Shown one piece after another: positions 42,996 to 57,591 of a stretch of 64,000 nucleotides of DNA. Each line of letters begins with the position of its first letter. Within the stretch, counting starts at the first letter, position 1. The translations under genes and the position numbers were made by a program. The notes beneath the pieces are model-generated. The model was not told where the DNA came from and searched no databases. It saw only the letters and a program-made list of their open reading frames with translations. The stretch covers positions 3,224,001-3,288,000 of the forward strand of contig OX597825.1 in assembly GCA_951406725.2 (NCBI GenBank), read 5' to 3'. Origin of the DNA: Octopus vulgaris. Taxonomy: Eukaryota.

Positions 42996-43250
42996 AGGCG
43001 CGTGGTTTAGTGGTTAAGGTCCTTGACTCATGATCGTAAGAATGTGGTTGTTTCGATTCCTGGGCAGGGTGACACATTATGTTCTTGAGAAAAAACACTT
43101 CATTTCTCATTGCTCCAGTCCACAGAGCTGGCAAAAATGAGTTGTACTGCGAAGGGCCGTCGTCCCGTCCACATGAGGAATATACACGCCACGAGTCCGG
43201 GAAACCGTCCCTTGTGAGTTGGTATGATTCGAGAAGATAGCAAGTGAATA
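42996..43250 (+). mobile_element. tRNA-derived SINE, family C
   Basis: A box tggtttagtgg and B box gtttcgattcc. Central gctccagtccacagagctggcaaaaatgag. Confidence 0.75.
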
Positions 43251-43491
43251 TTTATAAAGGCAGGCTTCCGCCCACACACACACGCACATTTACTCACGCA
43301 CACACAAACACAAATACAAACACACTCATGACCCCCACACACACACACACACAAATACCTTTAAAATTTAGATACATGTGCTTTATATACGTATGTTTAT
43401 GAAGTGAATTTTTCTCTCTGTTTTCCATTCATCCATCTATCTATCTATCTATCTATCTAAATTTCTTCAGTCTATCTGCCTGCCTGCCTGA

Positions 43492-43570
<79 letters not shown>

Positions 43571-43614
43571 GCTATCTATCTACCTACATACTTATCTATC
43601 TATCTATCTATCTA

Positions 43615-43655
<41 letters not shown>

Positions 43656-44351
43656 GTCTATATGACTGTCTGTCTTGCACTTAGAATGTCAATTTATAGG
43701 AGTTGCAATTAACCATAGAGTTGAAACATAGACAGAGGACAATAGATTTATCCCGATAATCAAAATCTCTCTCATATACACTTATTCAAACTCGCCCGAG
43801 CACGCACACACACAAACTCAGACACACAACACACGCGCACACACAAATACCTTAAAAATTTAGATGCATCATAACTTTATTTCAGCTGTCTTAGTACTCG
43901 GGCATCCTTTGGAGGCCAAGAATAGCAAGGGCACTTTTTTATTGCTATGCATGCTAGAATTATCACCACATTTATTGCATTTTAGATGAAGAGTACGTTC
44001 CGTAGTATTTAGACTGTACACATCAAGATTATCTTTTGTAGTTCACGGAGATTGGAGTTTCCAGGGATCCGCTTAATATTTTTATCCGTTTTTTCTTTAT
44101 TATTCCCAATGCACCAATTACTACTGGTGTTATCGTAGCACTCTCTATGAACGACTTGAAATTGCTCTAAAAAAAAAGATGGTCGTGAAATTCTAAAGGA
44201 TAATTGTAGAAATACTGTAATTTATTCGTATTTTTCATACTTTCATAATTTACACACGCTCACACACACAAAAGTCACACATACATAATCCCACACACAA
44301 AAATACACACGCGCACACAAGCACACGCATGCATGTGCAGGCAGAGGAAGA

Positions 44352-44395
<44 letters not shown>

Positions 44396-44699
44396 AGAGA
44401 TAGCTAGAACACACACACACACGCACACACTCACACGTATTTATAAAAACTGTTTCATGGTGCCATATGTATATAATTTGTATATTGTCGGCGGTTTGTT
44501 GACATATATTTCCCTTATAATTTGTAATAATCTCGTAGAATATGTGCTCAGGGAATGCGCTAAACGTTTTAATAGTATCTAGAGCTAAGAATTATAAATA
44601 TCTCATTGTTTGAAGCTATTTAATACGTTAATAGTGTTAAGCATTCTCAATTATGTCTTGACAATATTTCCCTGTAAGCATTGTATTCCACTCGAGTAT

Positions 44700-45000
44700 A
44701 TATGAGGTTGTAAAGTGCTGTAGCTTTTGAAGAACGACTGCATAACATGCTTATTGTTAAGGCAAATAGTAACGGGAAGTAAGTTGCAAGTTATGACAGA
44801 ATTACGATTTTGTAATATTTCGTAAAAATGCAGATAAATGCAGTTTTGTCTGTGGGAATTACATTTCTTTTCCATATCCATATAATCTTACCTAGACCCA
44901 ATATTCTTTGCATATGCCAATATTTACTGACGTCACTTCTTGCTGGTTTTGTTGATATCGCCATTGCTTATGTGATTATCTCTGCTGTAGTATATTCTGT
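44700..45000 (-). mobile_element. Very degenerate RTE-like LINE remnant
   Basis: Minus-strand GKIIWIWKRNVI..TKLHL resembles the post-RT segment. Confidence 0.25.
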
Positions 45001-46438
45001 TAATACATCTGCTACATGACATGTTCAAGTTAGAAGCTTAGGGGGATCAATTTGAATCCTGTCAAGAAATCTGCACTTTGCCAGCTAGGAATTGTAAAAC
45101 TATAGCTGCAAGACATATCTTCTTTAACTGACTTGTTTACTGTTAAATAATGTTTGCAATAGAAAGCATCAGACTAACTCCTATGGAATATCTGATTTTA
45201 ATTCTCTCTCTCTCTCTCCTTCTCTCTCTCTCTCTTTCCTTCCCTCCTTCTCTCTCTGTTTCTCTTTCTCTCTCTCGAGTTCAAATCCCACTTCTATCGA
45301 TTTAGTGTAGGTTTACATCCCTCCAGGGGATGTAAAAATGATAGCAGCAATGCACTGACTACAATTCACTCTAAATAGGCATATCACACACGCACACACA
45401 CGCACTCATACGTACACAATTGTAATTAAGAAGGCAAAAACAATCATTATTCAAATGCTAATGATTGTTATGAATTGTGCTTAGTGTTCAAGTAATAATG
45501 AACCGAAGATTAACTATCAGCGATCTAATCCAGTAAGGGTCTATTCACTTTCGCAAATATTTTGAAACTCATTAACATGTAATACAGAAAACAATTTAAA
45601 ATTAGATTGCATTTGATATTATGAAACCTAAAGACTACTTTCAAGGAGGTGACTGAATATTTCGTGTAGAAAAGTAAAAGACACTTAATTAAAACATGAG
45701 TAAAACACGTCAAGTGGAAAAAATAACCCTCAAATACATACATTATTTCAATGTAGAGACGATATGCATAAGTAATGACCAATATATCTTTATATCAAGT
45801 TTGGAAACAGCTTCGGAGCACACCTTTTATTTGGCTGTTGTCGTCATTTGACTGTACAAAGAAGGTTATTATTTTTTTTTTAATCATATGCTTTGAAAAT
45901 ATGTAAATATTTCTCATTATTCCCACAATCGTTTCCTTCTGTTGAAGTCTCCCTATGTTGACAGTCTCTCGTCTGTGTAAATTTGTTAATTTCATAGATC
46001 TTGTAAACTATTCTGGACAGCGTTAGAAGCTGTATTGATTTAGTCTCATTTGATATTCCTAACATATTTATTTTGAAATTTATAAACATATCTTCCGAAC
46101 ACAGATTTGCCTAACAACGCATAAAATATCACATATAAACACATAATCAGGCACGCAAACACGCACGTGAAAGCGAATTAAACACATATAACCATATACT
46201 AAAAGTAAATTAACTCTTGTGTAAACACACTCAGCATTTAAAACAATCATGTATGTATGTTGTCTCAGAGAAATCTGTCACATTTTCCGAAAGATGTAGG
46301 AGTGAATCCTGTTAAGTCAATAAATGCTGTGTCCCTCAACAATAACAAACTCAATAATGTTTATTTTACGGCATTCATCATAAAAGCGTTCGTATTTGGC
46401 ATTGCTTCAGTCTAATATTTCTCAATGTGTGTCTGTGC

Positions 46439-46478
<40 letters not shown>

Positions 46479-47428
46479 CTCATCAGCATGGTTAGTATTA
46501 ACCTCATCGTCATGTTAATAATTATCGTGCTCACATTTTGTACCATGGTTCGCTTTCGACTCAACAACATTATCAAAATCTCTTTAATCATGAAACTCGT
46601 CAACATAAAATTATTCACCGCATTCCTGTCGTTCAGTGCCACAGATCGTCCTGATAATCTCTCATCATCATCATAATCTCCACTATAATTAAAGTACGGG
46701 GAAAATGCTCCCATATATTTTCCCTTTTTTCCGTACTATCTGCGTCCAAATTACGTCAGGTTCATCTTTCGTTTGCGAATAACCTCAAAGTTACTGGCCT
46801 TGTGCCTACATAAGCTCCAGTTTGAAGAGCAATAATTGGTACAATATGCTAGCAGAAGGGCTTTCAAGGAAATGCTGATCTCTGCCTTGTAGTTTGCTGC
46901 AATGGATAAATAACTGCGGGTTTATCTCGTACATAATAGACCATGATACGTGGTATCATCTTAATTACAAGATTACTAGATTTCAGGTTTTGTATTCATA
47001 TAAATGTATTATCCGTTGTAATTCTCATACACCAACGATTCAATCTTCTGCATTAATTTTGCGATCATGGCTGGAGGCAAAAAGGAGATTTTATGATTAC
47101 AACACACCCATTCAAATTTTACTTAACGAGATATCATACTCAGCTATAATCTGTTTCTATCATAATTTCTGCCCGTATCTCTCAGTTACTACATACTGAA
47201 TAACAGAGAATAACAGGAATGAGATATGCCAAAACGTTTGCTCACCGCATTTATCGAGTATATTAATTTCATTACAAAAATCAATCATATAAATAAATAT
47301 ATATCCACACAGGCACACACACACACACATATACAGACGCTCGCACAAACTTGTGTGTATATGTATAGACATAAATACACACTCACGGAGGACACATATA
47401 TAAATACATGTATATATATAGATGTATG

Positions 47429-47480
<52 letters not shown>

Positions 47481-47517
47481 CGTATATACACATATATATA
47501 TATATACATGTATATAT

Positions 47518-47585
<68 letters not shown>

Positions 47586-47591
<6 letters not shown>

Positions 47592-47928
47592 CAACAATTA
47601 AGGAATGGCCTTAGTAGGCCATTCGGTCCACTAGAAGAAGCAGCCAGGACTCAAACCGCAAAGTAGTAGTAATTCAGAAATCAAATGAAAATTTAAAAAC
47701 ATTTACCCTAATTCATCTTTACACGATGCATCGTTTCGGTGTTTTTAATGGCAAACCAGCTTAATTAAATTAAATCAAGTCAATCTACCAAAGGTTACAC
47801 CTCATCGGTAAAGAAACCAGGAGAGACATTTGATTTCTGAATTACTACTACTTAGCGGTTTGAGTCCTGGCTGCTTCTTCTAGTGGGCCGAATGACCTAT
47901 TAAGGTCATTCCTTAATTGTTGTTGAAT
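47586..47928. mobile_element. Fold-back Penelope-like fragment: 102-bp inverted arms (47586-47687 and 47827-47928) around an HHR-like spacer
   Basis: Arms are reverse complementary with about 5 mismatches. Adjacent to (TA)n. Confidence 0.8.
47716..47814 (-). ncRNA. Hammerhead-like motif with non-canonical core (CCGAUGA, GUG site)
   Basis: tcttta CCGATGA ggtgt...acacc GAAA cgatgcatcg TG taaaga. All three helices pair perfectly. Confidence 0.6.
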
Positions 47929-48026
47929 TTATATATATAGTCTTTGACTATTTTCTCTTTCCCACTAGACCGCTGGTAGCGATAAATTTCTATTGAATAT
48001 TTTGCTACCCTAAATTGATTAATTGA

Positions 48027-48064
<38 letters not shown>

Positions 48065-48358
48065 GTTAATGCCTGCGCTTCCGTGTGTGTTTGTGTGCCT
48101 AGGCGAGCGCATGTGGGAACGTGTTTTCATCTTGCTGTATGTATCTGTCTAAGACCATGTTTATGAACGAGGATGCTAACTGCCTGATATATCAGGTAAA
48201 AATATCCTTTTGGATTTAGTCTGCATTATGCTATTATAACACAGCGTTCGGAGTCAATATCTTATGATGCTATTGTAAGCTGTAATGCGCTAGAAAAATA
48301 CAAATCCATGCTAAATGCAGTATAAATTTATTAGAACAATCTAAACTATTGCAGACAA

Positions 48359-48790
48359 CAGGAGTGGTTGTGTGGTAAGTAGCTTGCCTACCAACCACAT
48401 GGTTCCGGGTTCAGTCCCACTGCGTGGCATCTTGCACAAGTGTCTTCTGCTATAGCCACGGGCCGACCAATGCCTTGTGAGTGGATTTGGTAGACGGAAA
48501 CTGAAAGAAGCCTGTCGTATATATGTATATATATATGTGTATATATATATGTATATATGCGTGTGTGTTTTTGTGTGTCTGTGTTTGTCCCCCTAGCATT
48601 GCTTGACAACCGATGCTGATGTATTTATGTCCCCGTTATCTAGTGGTTCGGCAAAAGAGACCGATAGAATAAATACTAGGCTTACAAATGAATAAGACCC
48701 GGGGTCGAGTTGCTCGACTAAAGGCGGTACTCCAGCATGGCCGCAGTCAAATGACTGAAACAAGTAAAAGAGTAAAACAGAGTAAAGAGT
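48359..48790 (+). mobile_element. tRNA-derived SINE, family A, full length
   Basis: Head ggagtggttgtgtggtaag...gggttcagtccc and 3' (gtaaaaga)n-like tail. Confidence 0.9.
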
Positions 48791-49169
48791 AACACATTTT
48801 AGTTTTGCCGAACGGAACGGATATTCTTTTAGTATATGTCAAATTTTGAAATACAACTCATGTCACACAATGACTTTGATATTAAGAAAATTGACAGGGA
48901 ATGATTTTCGTAGATTTTACTATTGTTTTAGAGGAAATTATGGCATTCGACTTAGCTTGAAAAGTATTTCCAGCGGTGTTATTTCCATCTATTTTGAACA
49001 CTGTCATAGAATCTTTGAGTACTGGACGTTAAAATGCAGTTGCAAGTTACTAAATTATGTAATTCCTTAAAGCTGCATTTGAAATATAGTATTTGTTTCA
49101 CATTTAACAGTATACTCTGTAGGCTCCTCTCGCAATTATATTCCAAACCCTGCGCGCTTAAGCGAAAAC

Positions 49170-49700
49170 AGAGAATATTAGTCGCTCGTCTTTGTCTGTC
49201 TGTGTGTTAGCAAAAACACTGGAAAATGGCTGAACGGATTTTCACCAAAATTGGCAGAAACGTAATGGGTTCGAAAGGCTCAAAATCATTAAATTTTGGT
49301 AGATTGGGGAACCAAATTATTATTCTTTTCTTTGTTACATATGCATAAAAGATAAGCATTTCATTAAAACATGAATTCATCTGAGAAAATATTTATTAAA
49401 ATTAATTTCATACTATCCTTGTATGCGCGCATCACGTGCATCGTCTCTCCAATGATTTTTTATTAATGTTTTCATGCGTGTATTTAATACTCATTGCATA
49501 TTTCCAAAAAGAGTAGAGAATTTGTTCCAAAATTTGTTGTTAATTATCAGGTTGTTGTGAATTAACCAAATCAGTTAAAATACCTCATTAAGCTTTTATA
49601 GATTTGGTTGATGCTACATACACAGTCGTTGTTTCAAGGAAATTAGGAGTATTCAAGTATGAGGTCAAATTAGATGGATCGGGCAAACACTAAGTGCATC
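49170..49700 (+). mobile_element. Possible non-autonomous Helitron/Helentron-type remnant
   Basis: gtctgtctgtgtg...ggctgaacggattttcaccaaaattgg resembles these families. Ends are unclear. Confidence 0.3.
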
Positions 49701-51249
49701 CCTATATAAATATTTGTTTCTTTTGGAATGTTTAAAACGATCAGTCATTGTGTAATGTATTTTCGCTTATATACAAACAATCATAAAGAAACAAATATAA
49801 GAAATCTACGGTCTTGTTTTGAACGATATTTATTAAAAATATAAATGTCTAGCCATCGGTTATAATGGTGAGGGTAGAACTGTACTTTCAAAGGCATTGC
49901 AGGTGTATTGAAATAGAATATATACGGCTGAGAATTCCATAGGCCCAAGAATTATTAAGGAAATTCTATTTTGCATGGTTTTGTGCTTGAGACTGTATCT
50001 TGCAAATATTCTCTCCACCCAAGCATTGTTTTCGCTTATGGATGACGATATACACGAGGATTTTGTTATTGCAAACCATAATATCTAATAATTAAAGTCA
50101 CATCTCCAAAGATTAATAATATCTGATGAAATGTCTTCGTGTTATGTTTCGTGTATACCGCGATAATTATAATGCGTAATGTTATATTTTATATCAGTTA
50201 AGCAGTTTCAATTGTAACGTCATGGTATTAATTTCGATTAATTTAATTTACTTCAGACTTACCAAATACGAATGTATAAAATGTATTAGTCGTCTTCAAG
50301 TTAATGAGTCACTTGATGAGAGTAAATCTCCAAAGAAGTATGTCTATCTTAGATTCTACTGTCTATCAACATAATTGGGTTGATGTCTGAAGTGCCAATA
50401 TCCAGGACAAGCGAAGATGTCTTATCTTCTGTTACGTTTCTTAATGTAATACAGTGAGATACGTATTTGTGAAATAATGTCTGTGAGTAGCAGAGGAAAT
50501 TAATCACAGGGTGCTTCTTACCAATTATCCTACTTTCTTCAAAATTTAATCTGAGACATACTTGTCATCAATTGTCTCCAAAAATACAATAAGAATTTAT
50601 CTAATGCAATTGCGAAGAATTTAAAAGTTTAGTCTGATGAAAAGCTTGATATCATTCTTGTAAGATTTAATAAATATCTGTACATAAACGTTTTTGTTAT
50701 TTTGTTAATGGCATATAATTTTCGAAATTCTTACGTCATTAGCATGGAAATATTTTCTTATGGAATACCAACATTCTCCTTCAGCGTTTTCTTTTACAAT
50801 CACAGGGCTAATGTATTTCAACACTATGGTAACCATTTTTTTCACTTATATTAACGAAATTAATCTTAATTTGTCGATATGTTTTAGATATTTGAATTTT
50901 ACAGCATTACTTTACAACAGAAACTTTCAGCAGCTCATTATTTTGATTTTCAGAAATAGTTTTCAGTATGCGTTAATGCATAATTACAATTTTCCTAGTT
51001 TCTTTCAATTTGTTTCAGATTATTTAAAATGACGCCTGCAGGAAATTCATCAATTTTTCGAGTGAAATTACAATACGTCCAAAAACATATGTCAATGTTT
51101 TCAAATGGAATACATTATATTACATTATATTATATTATATTATGTTACATCACATAAATTGATGTCCGGATATATACCCTATGACGAATACGCATAGAGA
51201 TCCTAACGTCAGTTTCCATATTTTAAGTTATTAAAGGTGGGATGGGTGT

Positions 51250-52355
51250 ATGGGCCAAGGCCTGTACCACCATGACGAAGATGAAATCCTTGCCCCAGCT
51301 GTCTGTTTTTTTTTTATTTTGCTGCTACTCTCACCTATAGCTTTGCTTTGTATTGTGAGCTGCCGAGCTTCTGGTTGTCTCTTCAACTTGCACATGTTTA
51401 CCGATTCGAAAGTTTTCATGTCTCTCATTCGTGACCTCATTTCTGCGAATTATTGCAACGTAATATTCATAGAGATGAAAATATGCAAAATGTCATGAGT
51501 CGTATTTCTGCATCTTCTAAAGGTTTTTGATTCAGTCTTAGTCTAGAGAGAACTATTATAATACGCAGGTATGTGCCAGGTGACTTATGTGGGAATCCAT
51601 CAATCTCAGTTCAAGTGATAGAAACGAAAATGGGAGAAGAGTTTATCTATTTTGGCAGCACAATCAGCAGTTGTTACCTCTTGGCTGAATAAATATTTTT
51701 AAGGTTTCAGAAGGTAAATGATTACCTCACAGATCTTTTGTCTCATATCTGATGATACGTAGTTCCCACTTGGCATCACAAAGAAAACAAAAGTTGCTGT
51801 GTATTGAAAGGAGTGTGTGCTGACCTCGCGCCTTTATTCATGTGACACATCGACCTTTTTCAGACATCCCAGAGGCCCTTGAAGTCTTCCGTCAAAGAAG
51901 TCCGAGACACAAATTGGATGTTGGCTTATCCTCTCGGATTCCAGAGGTTTTTAGGGGAGGTGAAATCCAGAACATTGAATCCATAGTGCTCAAGGATCAA
52001 TTCAGGAAATCCATAAACACTTACTGTAGGATGAATTTCTCTATGGAAATTCCCCCACTCCAACCCCCTAGAAACGAACACTATGGCTTAAGAATTGTTC
52101 AAACTTCTGCTTGAAGTCAAGTGAGTCATGGAAGCTGGATTTGAGAAGCAATGCTTACCCTCACCAGCAATGAAGGAAATAGGTAAAGGAGGGATACGAT
52201 ATTTTTGGAGGGAAACATGCATTTAGCATGCTGAACTTCAACGTAATGTTCGAAAGGACTCCATCAGTTTAGTGAATGAGGAATGTTTCGTCTGCATTAT
52301 ATGCAGGAATGTAGGTCTATCAAAAGCTGCGCTCATTAATCATCCACGGAATCAT
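51250..52355 (+). mobile_element. RTE-clade LINE remnant (end of RT through C-terminal CCHH-like segment)
   Basis: ILAP..., GCLFNL, LIRDLISANYC (degenerate LFADDC), EEFIYFGS, TKKTKVAVY, LEVFRQR, and FVCIICRNVGLSKAALINHPRNH. Confidence 0.8.
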
Positions 52356-52800
52356 TATTTTCTAGAGCCAATAGGCGTTAAACGCTTAAAAGTTTAAAGT
52401 ATATGATCATTAGTTGCGGAATTTTCATTCGTCACCGTTCCTCAATTTAGCGCAGAATAGACACGTGCTTGTTACTTTACATAGTTCTAGATTTCAACAG
52501 AAAATATAAACTGTGGGTATGTAGGTATAATGGGTCAGAGCACTTATTGCGAAACTGAGTATTGCAGGTTCGAATCTCACGAGTTCTATAATATTATCCA
52601 TTTTCATCAAGTCGTTTTCTTAGATACCCCAATATCAGGGTATGTCCTCAAGAAAATAAACAGTGAACGGTTAAAGCTAACAATTATTATTTACAGAATT
52701 TTTGCTCGTCACCGTTTCGAAAATTTACGCAGTATAAATATTCGCGCATCCGCTCACATTTATCTATGTATCTCTCTCTCTTTCTCTCTCTCTCTCTCTG

Positions 52801-52837
<37 letters not shown>

Positions 52838-54723
52838 CATGCACACCGACACACGCACACTCATAGACGGACACACATATATATACATATATATTCCCGT
52901 GTGGGTGATGTTTATATACGAATGGTAATAAACTAGAGGCGTAACCGTCTCCTGGTGGGTTAATCTGGAGTTTTAGAAACATTGGTAGATAGATAGCTAA
53001 GTAGATATTTAGATATAGGAGTCCATGTGCGTGTTGAAAGTTGAATAATCCAAAGAGATGTTGAGACTTATTTTGTGATGTAATACGTAACCAATTAGTG
53101 ATTTTGATTAATGATATTAATATCATTAATTGTATACCGATTAATTAGCTTCTCTTTGTTTATAGTTATATTTACAATCAAATGATAACAATACGCACGC
53201 AAATATATATATATTGTTGCGTATAAAGGGATTTAGCGGTTTGTTATTTGTCATATAAATTGTATTTGTGGTTTTAACGTTATTTAAAACGTATTTCCGT
53301 AATTAACCTCTCTTATTATTTTACGCATCTTCTGGCTCTTAATTTCAATTATATCTTCATTCCTTGTAAAGAACTTCTTTATGGCACTTCGATTTGACAG
53401 TTCAAATACGCCACAATGACTTGACAAATATGAATATATGAACAATTCTGTGTAGGAAAAGACGATTCCTCTAAATAAATTGTATAAACAACACTTTAAT
53501 CACTTCATATCTTTCGTACTATGGCTGATATCTATAGGCAAGTATATACACTGCAACGAAAAAATGGCAACTATTTTGGAAAAGAAATAAAGGAATGCTT
53601 TTTAATTAAAGAAATAACCATTTATTCTATAGCTATCCTTAACTCTAGATTCATAGCATTTGCTTCATGGAACGCAGTAAATCAGCAAATATGTAAAAGC
53701 AATAAATATTATAAGAACTAATTAGGTACCAGCTATTTACACATTGCTATGACGTATTCAGACATTGGTATGAGATTTCTGTTAATGAAAACGAATAAAT
53801 GGGGGAAAAAGCGTAACTTGGGAAACATAAATGTATTATCTGCACTCGAATCTACTGAAAATTACCGAAAGTTAATTCGTGGGGTCACATAATAAGGGCA
53901 ATTTATCTCTGCAAACAATCGTTGTGAGCGTAATATCAGCACAATGAAGCAGCAGATATCCTGATATATTGAATAGAAATAAACAAAAGAAGAATTCAGG
54001 AAATTGTTGCTATAATTTTTCTTGAGAGAGCAAAGAGCCAAATTTACTATAATTTTTAACATTTCAAAAAATTGAACTGGTAAGATTTTACGAAAGTCTT
54101 CCAAATGCCAGAATTGACGAAAAAATTGAATGATTATGATTATATAGACGTTAAACCCAGATGCAGCGACAGAAGTACCAAGTTGTCAAGCGATTGTCTG
54201 TATGAAGGGCATCTTATCATTGACTAAAATATAACGGAGAGTCATGTTGGTTCCGGGTTTTTTCACTTCCGTATGCGATTAAATTCTAAGGCACAAAATG
54301 TCGGACTTTTCCAACCATGGAGAAAGAGAGAGGGGACGAGTGGGAAAAACAAATACTAACAGACATCGAATGCATTTCCATCAAACCACTTTAATATATT
54401 CATCCTTCTATATACTTCCGGCATTAGTCTATGCTTTTGCAAGGTTAATTTTTGAATTGATGATGTGTCCATTATATAGCAATTCATTCCTTTTTGAAAA
54501 TGAAAACAACACTACTTATTTGGGAATAAGTGTTACTAGAAATATTGAATGGATTCGACAAATGAAGGCCAGTTATAAATAATTACGAGGGAAATGATTT
54601 ATAGCTTGACTTTTTCAGATGCATATTGTAGAATATATATCATGTCCCTGTACAGATGATATGAAGCAGTGAAGTACAATCTCAAACAAATATTACACTC
54701 TCATATATATACACACGCACACA

Positions 54724-54800
<77 letters not shown>

Positions 54801-55989
54801 TGAATACTATAATACTATATTTAGGAAAAACACATATCGAACACTCGACAGTGGAATATATTGTCTTCATTTGCACTACATATATAAATGGCTACTAAGT
54901 GTTTCATGTCATGCAATAATTATGCCCCCCTACCCCAACAAATAATTACATAGAAACATCCCTGTATACCTAGCTGTATAGTATTTAGATTGTAGCACTA
55001 ACGTATACCATTTCATTAGAAAATCATAGAGAATACTCTCACACAGTCACACACACTACATATATATTCATGTATATGTGTGTGTGTGCTTGTGTGTGAG
55101 TGTCGGTATGTAGGTATACAAGTATAGACAGATAGATAGTTACATGCATATTTATATATACATAAAATGTATGTTATCAATTTATGTAGATAAATATATT
55201 ACTCCATTAAATGAAAGGCACAAATCCATATGAAAAGTATATTGTGCATTAAAATGATTACACACTAATAGGGTGTTGAACAATCCTGCAGCTGATGGAG
55301 GAGAAATTGTATCAGCAAGGTCCTTTATCAATGCTACGCTTAGTTGATTCCCCATTTAATGGAAGCAATGAACAAATATGTATACATCACGAATGAACAG
55401 GTTCTCATTTAAGTGAAGTTGAAGATTAAAAACAATTACACTAAGTAAAAATATCAGAAATTTTAAAGAATTTTTTTCTAAATGCAAATTTATGAAACGT
55501 TATAAAATTATTAAAACAGTGAAACATTTGAATACACGGCGTTGAGGAGAAGCGTGTTAAAAAAGTATTACGTTGGAGTGGTGACTGGGAGTTTTATTAA
55601 ACATGTAAAACTTTTGCATGAGATGAATATCTAATTGTTCATTAATTAAAAAATATGTCAAACGTGTTAAGTTACAGAATCGATTCATTTGCGTAGTTTG
55701 TTTCTTAAAAACATAATGATATGCAATAATTACAGACAATTTCCATTAGCTTTAATTAATGAAGTGGGAAATTACTTAAAACTATTGGAAGATATAAGTC
55801 TTAGCTGTGATTTCTGCATTGTGCAAGAGAAAAGTCAACTTGAAAGAAATGAAAGCAGGCGAAAATTGGTTTAGTTTTAAAATCAATTTGAAGAATAATT
55901 ACCAGCGAAAACATCAATCACAATGAAACTTCAAACTTAAATTCAAATTTTACAAAGGTGTACACTTATTATTTTATTAATATTTCTTG

Positions 55990-56025
55990 TTATTGATGTT
56001 GTTTATGTTGGTTGTTGTTGTTCTT

Positions 56026-56056
<31 letters not shown>

Positions 56057-56150
56057 TTATTATTATTATTATTATTATTATTGTTATTATTATTATTATT
56101 ATTATTGTTGTTATTATTGTTATTATCATTATCATTATCATTATTAGTAT
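55990..56150. repeat. (TTG)/(TTC)/(TTA) trinucleotide microsatellite
   Basis: Direct observation. Confidence 0.95.
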
Positions 56151-56743
56151 TATACAAAAGCCATTACATGCTAATTTAATTAGCAAGGATGATATCCTGC
56201 GCTTCGGGAAAAACAATATCTCTTCCGGGGATCCTTTTTTAAAAGTTGATCTTATTCTCTGCTGGTCGAAATCATATGTCTCAATTGTAGTATAGTTCAG
56301 GTTTTCAGATAACCATTTGGACTTTGTGTCCATTGCAATATTTTCTAAAGCATGTTTTTTCACATTCATTTTCCGCATTATAAACGTATATCTAAGTCCT
56401 CTTATTTTGCTATTTTCTTAAATTTAGTGATTCCTAAGTCCTTACGTGCTATTACACAACCTATATTTGTATTACATCGCCTTTGATATTACTTTGTGTG
56501 TCTCTTTACTATGACCATGTTTTGTCTCTGCTTGAAAAGTTACATTCAGTTTTTATGGAGATATCTCATACAATCTTTCACATTTTGACATCAGCGATGT
56601 AACTCGCCCTCTTTAAAATCAAAGTCTACAATCATACTTAATATATCACAACACAATCTATATAATTGTTGTTTCTGCAAAGCTTTCAAATTTACTATAC
56701 AAATTTTTGACGTCAATACTGCACATCTCCGTATCAATTGTTC

Positions 56744-56796
<53 letters not shown>

Positions 56797-56822
56797 CATA
56801 TAAACAAACTATGCCATTCTAA

Positions 56823-56852
56823 TCACGAGCAACACCGGGTATTTCTGTCAGT
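56823..56852 (+). mobile_element. Degenerate Helitron 3' terminus
   Basis: cacgagcaacaccgggtatttctgtcagt parallels the 3' end of 59511-59846. Confidence 0.4.
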
Positions 56853-56862
56853 GTGTACACAG

Positions 56863-56953
<91 letters not shown>

Positions 56954-57394
56954 GTACATACATACATACATATGATCACACATATACACACATATATCAT
57001 TCAATTATTTAAAATAGTGTCAGATAGGAAATAATGTGTGTGTGGTGCCAATTACTGCTATAAGCCTGTATTGATGAAGATTCTTGGATACAGTGCCAAT
57101 ATATATAAATACAATGTTTGCATACGACAACTATCTGAAATACGTCTTCCTCCACATATAAGCTGGCAGAATCAGCAGTGTTAAGAGAATAGCTATTGAA
57201 AACAAGAATTCTAAAAGTATTCCAAAAGTTTTGTGGACTTGGCTCTGGTGAATGATTTCAATTAAATAGCATGGAGAGAATTGTTCATGAAATTCCGTTA
57301 TTCTATATCGGGTTATATATAGAGTCAGAAATGTATACGTTGTCGTCTTTAATTTAGCACATTTTGACTTTTATTATTTTCTTCTGTATTTCAG

Positions 57395-57427
57395 CTGCTG
57401 ATTGAAAATACACCTGCTCTGAAGCAG
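57395..57427 (+). CDS. Internal exon D: LLIENTPALKQ (could extend to a weak donor after 57470)
   Basis: Strong polypyrimidine acceptor ttttcttctgtatttcAG and donor CAG|gtacac. 33 nt, phase 0 to 0. Confidence 0.6.
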
Positions 57428-57591
57428 GTACACACAACCATACTTACAGACATAAGCATAAGCAATTTCAGTCATATAAATGCATAAAAGCACATCTACA
57501 TACATTTAATCATATTAACAGCAGATTTTGCTACATGGTTACCATTACGGCTCGGCAAATGCAGTTGAGTGTCTGCTGTAATGTATATAGA

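Noticed and set aside
46470-46490. Minus-strand CTGATGAGAAAC
   Set aside because: Runs into (CA)n with no helix I or III; a chance match.
51019-51061. Acceptor-like tttgtttcAG (a similar one lies at 54618)
   Set aside because: No good donor and no phase-compatible open frame.
55977-56378. 133-aa ORF
   Set aside because: Much of it is trinucleotide repeat, and the remainder has no recognisable motif or splice signals.
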